Positions 60,795 to 64,000 of a stretch of DNA of 64,000 bases are shown here, in pieces (the stretch's first letter is position 1; the number at the start of each line of letters is the position of its first letter). This stretch comes from an uncultured Hyphomicrobium sp. (GTDB taxonomy: Bacteria > Pseudomonadota > Alphaproteobacteria > Rhizobiales > Hyphomicrobiaceae), in contig NZ_CADEFI010000001.1 in assembly GCF_902826555.1 (NCBI RefSeq), positions 136,971 through 200,970 of the forward strand. The letters are read 5' to 3'. A program made the position numbers and the translations under genes. The notes below the pieces were generated by a model, which saw only the letters and a list, made by a program, of their open reading frames with translations, did not search any database and was not told where the DNA came from.

Positions 60795-62588
60795 TCAGTT
60801 TTGGGGGCTCACCCACCAGGTGTCGAGGTTGAAGCCGAACAGCGGTTTGGCCTCGGGATGCGAGAGACGTTTCCAAGAGGCGATCCACTGGGCCGGAGGA
60901 TAGAACAGCGGAATGACATAGTGCCCCGAGAGCAGCACGCGGTCGAGCGCACGGACGGCGGAGACGAATTCCTCATTGCCGTGGGCGGCGAGCATGGCGG
61001 TGATCATGGCGTCTGCCGCCGGGTTCTCGACACCGGCGTAATTGTACGAGCCGGGCTGGTCGGCGACGCGGGAGGACCAGCGGAAGAGCTGTTCGTTGCC
61101 GGGCGACAATGACGAGGGCCAGGTGAACTGGATCATGTCGAAATCGTAGTCCTTGAGGCGGGACTGGTACTGGGCGCTGTCGACGACGCGCATGCGGGCC
61201 TTGATGCCGAGCTTGGCAAGATCGCCGACGAAGGCGCCGAGCAAGCGCTCCTGTCCGGTGTTGGAGGCCAGGATCTCGAAGTTGAGCTGATTGCCGGTCT
61301 TGGTCTGGACGAGGCGGCCGCCTTGCAGGGCGTAGCCGGCCGCTTCGAGCATTTCGTAGGCCTTGCGTGCGTTGGCGCGGTTGTGTGGCGTGCCGTCGCT
61401 CTCAGGCGCGCGCCAAGTGCCGTCCATGATCTCAGGCAAGACGGCGTTGGCGAACGGGCCGAGCAGGGTGCGCTCGCGCTCGTCGGCGGGTTTGCCGGCG
61501 GAGGAGAGCATCGAGCGCTCGAAGTAGCTCTGGCTGCGCTTGTAGAGACCGTGAAAGAAGCTCTTGTTCACCCATTCGAAGTTGAACAGGAGAATGAGCG
61601 CCTGGCGCACGCGCTCGTCGGCGAATACGGGGCGGCGTGTGTTGAAGACGAGGCCGGTCATGCCGGCGGGCAGCCCGATGGCGATCTCCTCGCGATGAAC
61701 GCGTCCGTCGCGTGCGGCGGGGAAGTCGTAGCCCTTGGCCCACGTGGCGGGATCGTCCTCGTTCCTGAGGTCGATGGCGCCGGTCTTGAAGGCTTCGAAC
61801 AGAGTCGAGCCTTCACGGTAATATTCGAAGCGGATCTCATCGAAGTTGAAGCGGCCACGGTTGACGGGCAGGTCCTTGGCCCAATAATCGGGGTTGCGCT
61901 TGTAGGTGATGGAGCGGCCGGGATCGACGGCGGCGATACGGTATGGACCGGACCCGATCAGCGGCGCGAGCGTTGTCTCCTCGAACTTCTCGGCATCCAT
62001 GGCGTGGCGGGGAAGCACCGGCATCAGGCCCAGGATCAGTGGCAGCTCGCGGTCCTCGCCGTCGGCGAAGACGAAGCGCACCTCGTGGTCGGACACGGCT
62101 TCCGCCTTCGTGACCTTCTTGTAGTAGGTGCGGTAGTTGGGGCGGCCCTTGTCGCGCAATACTTCGAACGAGAACAGGATGTCGGCGGCCGTGATCGGCG
62201 TGCCGTCGGAGAACCGTGCGCGCTGGTCGAGGCGGAACGTCACCTGGCTGCGATCGTCCGGCACGTCGATGGTCTCGGCGATGAGGCCGTAGAGCGTGAA
62301 CGGCTCGTCCTGGCTGCGCGCCATCAGGCTTTCGACAACGAACTCGCGGATACCCTGGACCGGCTCGCCGCGCACGATCATGGGATTGAGATTGTCGAAA
62401 GAGCTCGACGAGCCGAGCGTGACGCGGCCGCCCTTCGGGGCGTCGGGAACGGCGTAGGGAAAATTAGGAAAGCCTGCGGGCAAAGCGGGATTGCCGTGCA
62501 TCGCGATCGCATGCGCGGGCTCGGCGTGGGCGGGGGATAGCAGAACGGCCGAGGCCTGTGCCAGGACGGCAAGGGTCGCGAAAATCAT
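60795..62588 (-). CDS. ABC transporter substrate-binding protein, family 5 (YejA-like)
   Basis: Signal peptide MIFATLAVLAQASAVLLSPAHA, about 600 aa, peptide/opine SBP fold. No permease or ATPase genes are adjacent. Confidence 0.85.
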   Translation of the reverse strand: MIFATLAVLAQASAVLLSPAHAEPAHAIAMHGNPALPAGFPNFPYAVPDAPKGGRVTLGSSSSFDNLNPMIVRGEPVQGIREFVVESLMARSQDEPFTLYGLIAETIDVPDDRSQVTFRLDQRARFSDGTPITAADILFSFEVLRDKGRPNYRTYYKKVTKAEAVSDHEVRFVFADGEDRELPLILGLMPVLPRHAMDAEKFEETTLAPLIGSGPYRIAAVDPGRSITYKRNPDYWAKDLPVNRGRFNFDEIRFEYYREGSTLFEAFKTGAIDLRNEDDPATWAKGYDFPAARDGRVHREEIAIGLPAGMTGLVFNTRRPVFADERVRQALILLFNFEWVNKSFFHGLYKRSQSYFERSMLSSAGKPADERERTLLGPFANAVLPEIMDGTWRAPESDGTPHNRANARKAYEMLEAAGYALQGGRLVQTKTGNQLNFEILASNTGQERLLGAFVGDLAKLGIKARMRVVDSAQYQSRLKDYDFDMIQFTWPSSLSPGNEQLFRWSSRVADQPGSYNYAGVENPAADAMITAMLAAHGNEEFVSAVRALDRVLLSGHYVIPLFYPPAQWIASWKRLSHPEAKPLFGFNLDTWWVSPQN

Positions 62589-62937
62589 TCGCTGCACAGC
62601 ACACTCCCGTCTCGGCGTCCCACAACGCATTGGATTCGCTCGCACCACCGGGCTCACGTAGCATACATCCCCGGCGAGTGAATGGCGGATCGGCACGGCG
62701 GTTGCGTGGCGGGATTGCCACGGACGTGGCGTTTCCGCCTGTGCATGTTGTCGGCAGAATTTGTCCGGCCACGGGATTGCCTCATTCGGGGCTTTAGTGC
62801 CGGGCCGGAAGACGCTTAAAGCGTCAGGGCGCGCGCCAATAATTGCCGATTGAGCGCTGCGAAGAGGGGACGGGCCGCTGGACGGGGTTCGCCAGGCGGC
62901 TCCAGGTCAGGCTCATAGACGAAAGGTCGATTTTCCT

Positions 62938-63801
62938 ATGTCGCACAGAGATGGCATCGCAACGGGCTTTGGACGCGGTGTGTTGGCGGGCGCCGCCGCG
63001 CTCGCTTTGGTTATCGGTTCCGGCGTGTACGGAGCTGCGCTGGCGCAGGATGCGGCTGCTCCTGCTGCAAAGAAGGATGCTCCCGCAGCGAAGGATGCGC
63101 CGAAGGATGCCAAGGCGGCACCTGCCGGTAAGCAGAGCGCGTGGGTAAAGCTTTGCGAGAAGGCGCCGCTGGTCAAGAAGGACAAGGACGGCAAGGAAGA
63201 GAAAGAAGAGAAGGACATCTGCCTCACGCATCATGAGCGTCTCGACGGCAACTCGGGCATGGTGCTGGTGTCGGCTGCGATCCGTCAGGTCGAGGGCAAC
63301 GAGCACGACCATCTGATGGTCATGGTGCCGCTCGGCATGGCTATCCCGCCGGGCATCAAGGCGGCCGTGTACACCAAGGAGCAGTGGGAGAAGGCGTCGA
63401 AGAACGAGAAGGTCGACGACAAGGATCTGAAGCCGATCGATCTCAAGTTCTCGCTTTGCCACGCGTCGGGCTGCACGGCGGAGACCGAGGCAACGAAGGA
63501 GATCGTCGAGCAGATGAAGACCGGCGGCGGCATCATGGTGCTCGCCATGAACGCGCAGGCGCAGCCGATCGGCTTCCCGGTTCCGCTCGATGGTTTCGCC
63601 GATGCCTTCGCCGGCAAGCCGGTCGACAACGCCGAGTACAAGAAGGCCCGCGGCCAGCTGATGGCGCAGATCCGTCAGCGCCAGCAGGAAGCCTACGAGA
63701 AGTTCAAGGCCGAGAAGATGAAGGAGCTTCCTCCGCAGCCGGGCGCGGCGGATGCCGCAGCGGCAGCTGCGAAGAAGGACGCGCCGGCCGCGAAGAAGTA
63801 G
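62938..63801 (+). CDS. Invasion-associated locus B (IalB) family protein
   Basis: Signal/anchor, then WVKLCEK...CLTHHERLD...MVMVPLGM...FSLCHASGCTAE...GFPVPLDGF. This is the IalB domain, flanked by KKDAPAAK low-complexity tails. Confidence 0.82.
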   Translation: MSHRDGIATGFGRGVLAGAAALALVIGSGVYGAALAQDAAAPAAKKDAPAAKDAPKDAKAAPAGKQSAWVKLCEKAPLVKKDKDGKEEKEEKDICLTHHERLDGNSGMVLVSAAIRQVEGNEHDHLMVMVPLGMAIPPGIKAAVYTKEQWEKASKNEKVDDKDLKPIDLKFSLCHASGCTAETEATKEIVEQMKTGGGIMVLAMNAQAQPIGFPVPLDGFADAFAGKPVDNAEYKKARGQLMAQIRQRQQEAYEKFKAEKMKELPPQPGAADAAAAAAKKDAPAAKK

Positions 63802-63823
63802 GGCTCGGCAAGCTCACAAACAG

Positions 63824-63853
63824 AAAGGCCGCCTCGAAAGGGCGGCCTTTTTT
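63824..63853 (+). terminator. Rho-independent terminator after the IalB-family gene
   Basis: GGCCGCC-TCGAAAG-GGCGGCC followed by TTTTTT. Confidence 0.8.
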
Positions 63854-63887
63854 GATTCTCTCCCCCATGGCGCGGAGAGGGGACGTT

Positions 63888-64000
63888 TCAGTGGGGCTGA
63901 ATGAAGACGGCGCGGTAGCGGCCTTCCTCGTCCTCGACGAAGTAGTCGTCGAGCTGCGGGTGGCGCAGCGGTTCGCCGCTTTCGTCGGGCAGCAGGTTCT
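63888..64000 (-). CDS. C-terminal fragment of an unidentified protein; the gene continues past the window edge
   Basis: The reverse-strand frame ends ...NLLPDESGEPLRHPQLDDYFVEDEEGRYRAVFIQPH-stop (TCA at 63888-63890). Codon bias resembles the neighbouring genes. Family not recognised from 37 residues. Confidence 0.35.
   Translation of the reverse strand, partial: NLLPDESGEPLRHPQLDDYFVEDEEGRYRAVFIQPH

Overview
This GC-rich window looks like core chromosome of an alphaproteobacterium. The gene order tig-clpP-clpX-lon-hupB-tRNA-Val ... tRNA-Asp-nuoA is typical of Hyphomicrobiales/Rhizobiales. I could support about 55 protein genes and 4 tRNAs (Lys-TTT, Leu-TAG, Val-TAC, Asp-GTC).

In order, the window contains:
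- a small stress and secreted-protein block, sseA, a secreted vWA protein, opgD and an RND efflux pair;
- the tig/clpP/clpX/lon/hupB proteostasis cluster;
- nuoABCD, then a GDPD esterase, RidA, EipB, a ROK kinase, DUF3572 and divK-pleD;
- rpmG (missed by the ORF track), a NUDIX hydrolase, DUF983, rnr, topA, gph, rpiA, gor, an SDR and ypfJ;
- glmU-glmS flanked by two SPOR-domain proteins, then DUF502, recG, sdhE-mfd and an outer-membrane beta-barrel protein;
- an acyl-CoA synthetase, a family-5 ABC solute-binding protein and an IalB-family protein.

I found no CRISPR array, transposase, integrase, prophage or recognisable defence or toxin-antitoxin system. Most of the window is ordinary housekeeping DNA.

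The observations most worth a second look are:
1. A tightly coupled four-gene module wedged between nuoC and nuoD: an unknown protein, an FlK-like hot-dog thioesterase and two tandem GFA/CENP-V zinc-thiol proteins.
2. The nuo cluster stops after nuoD; nuoE-N are not in the window.
3. A multiply frameshifted, internally deleted membrane-sensor GGDEF pseudogene abuts tRNA-Asp.
4. A roughly 650-nt gene-free, hairpin-dense spacer lies between the convergent pleD and rpmG genes and could encode an RNA.
5. A degenerate 25-nt tandem repeat begins inside the 3' end of the DUF1993 gene.

All functional calls come from motif and family recognition by eye. No database search was run.
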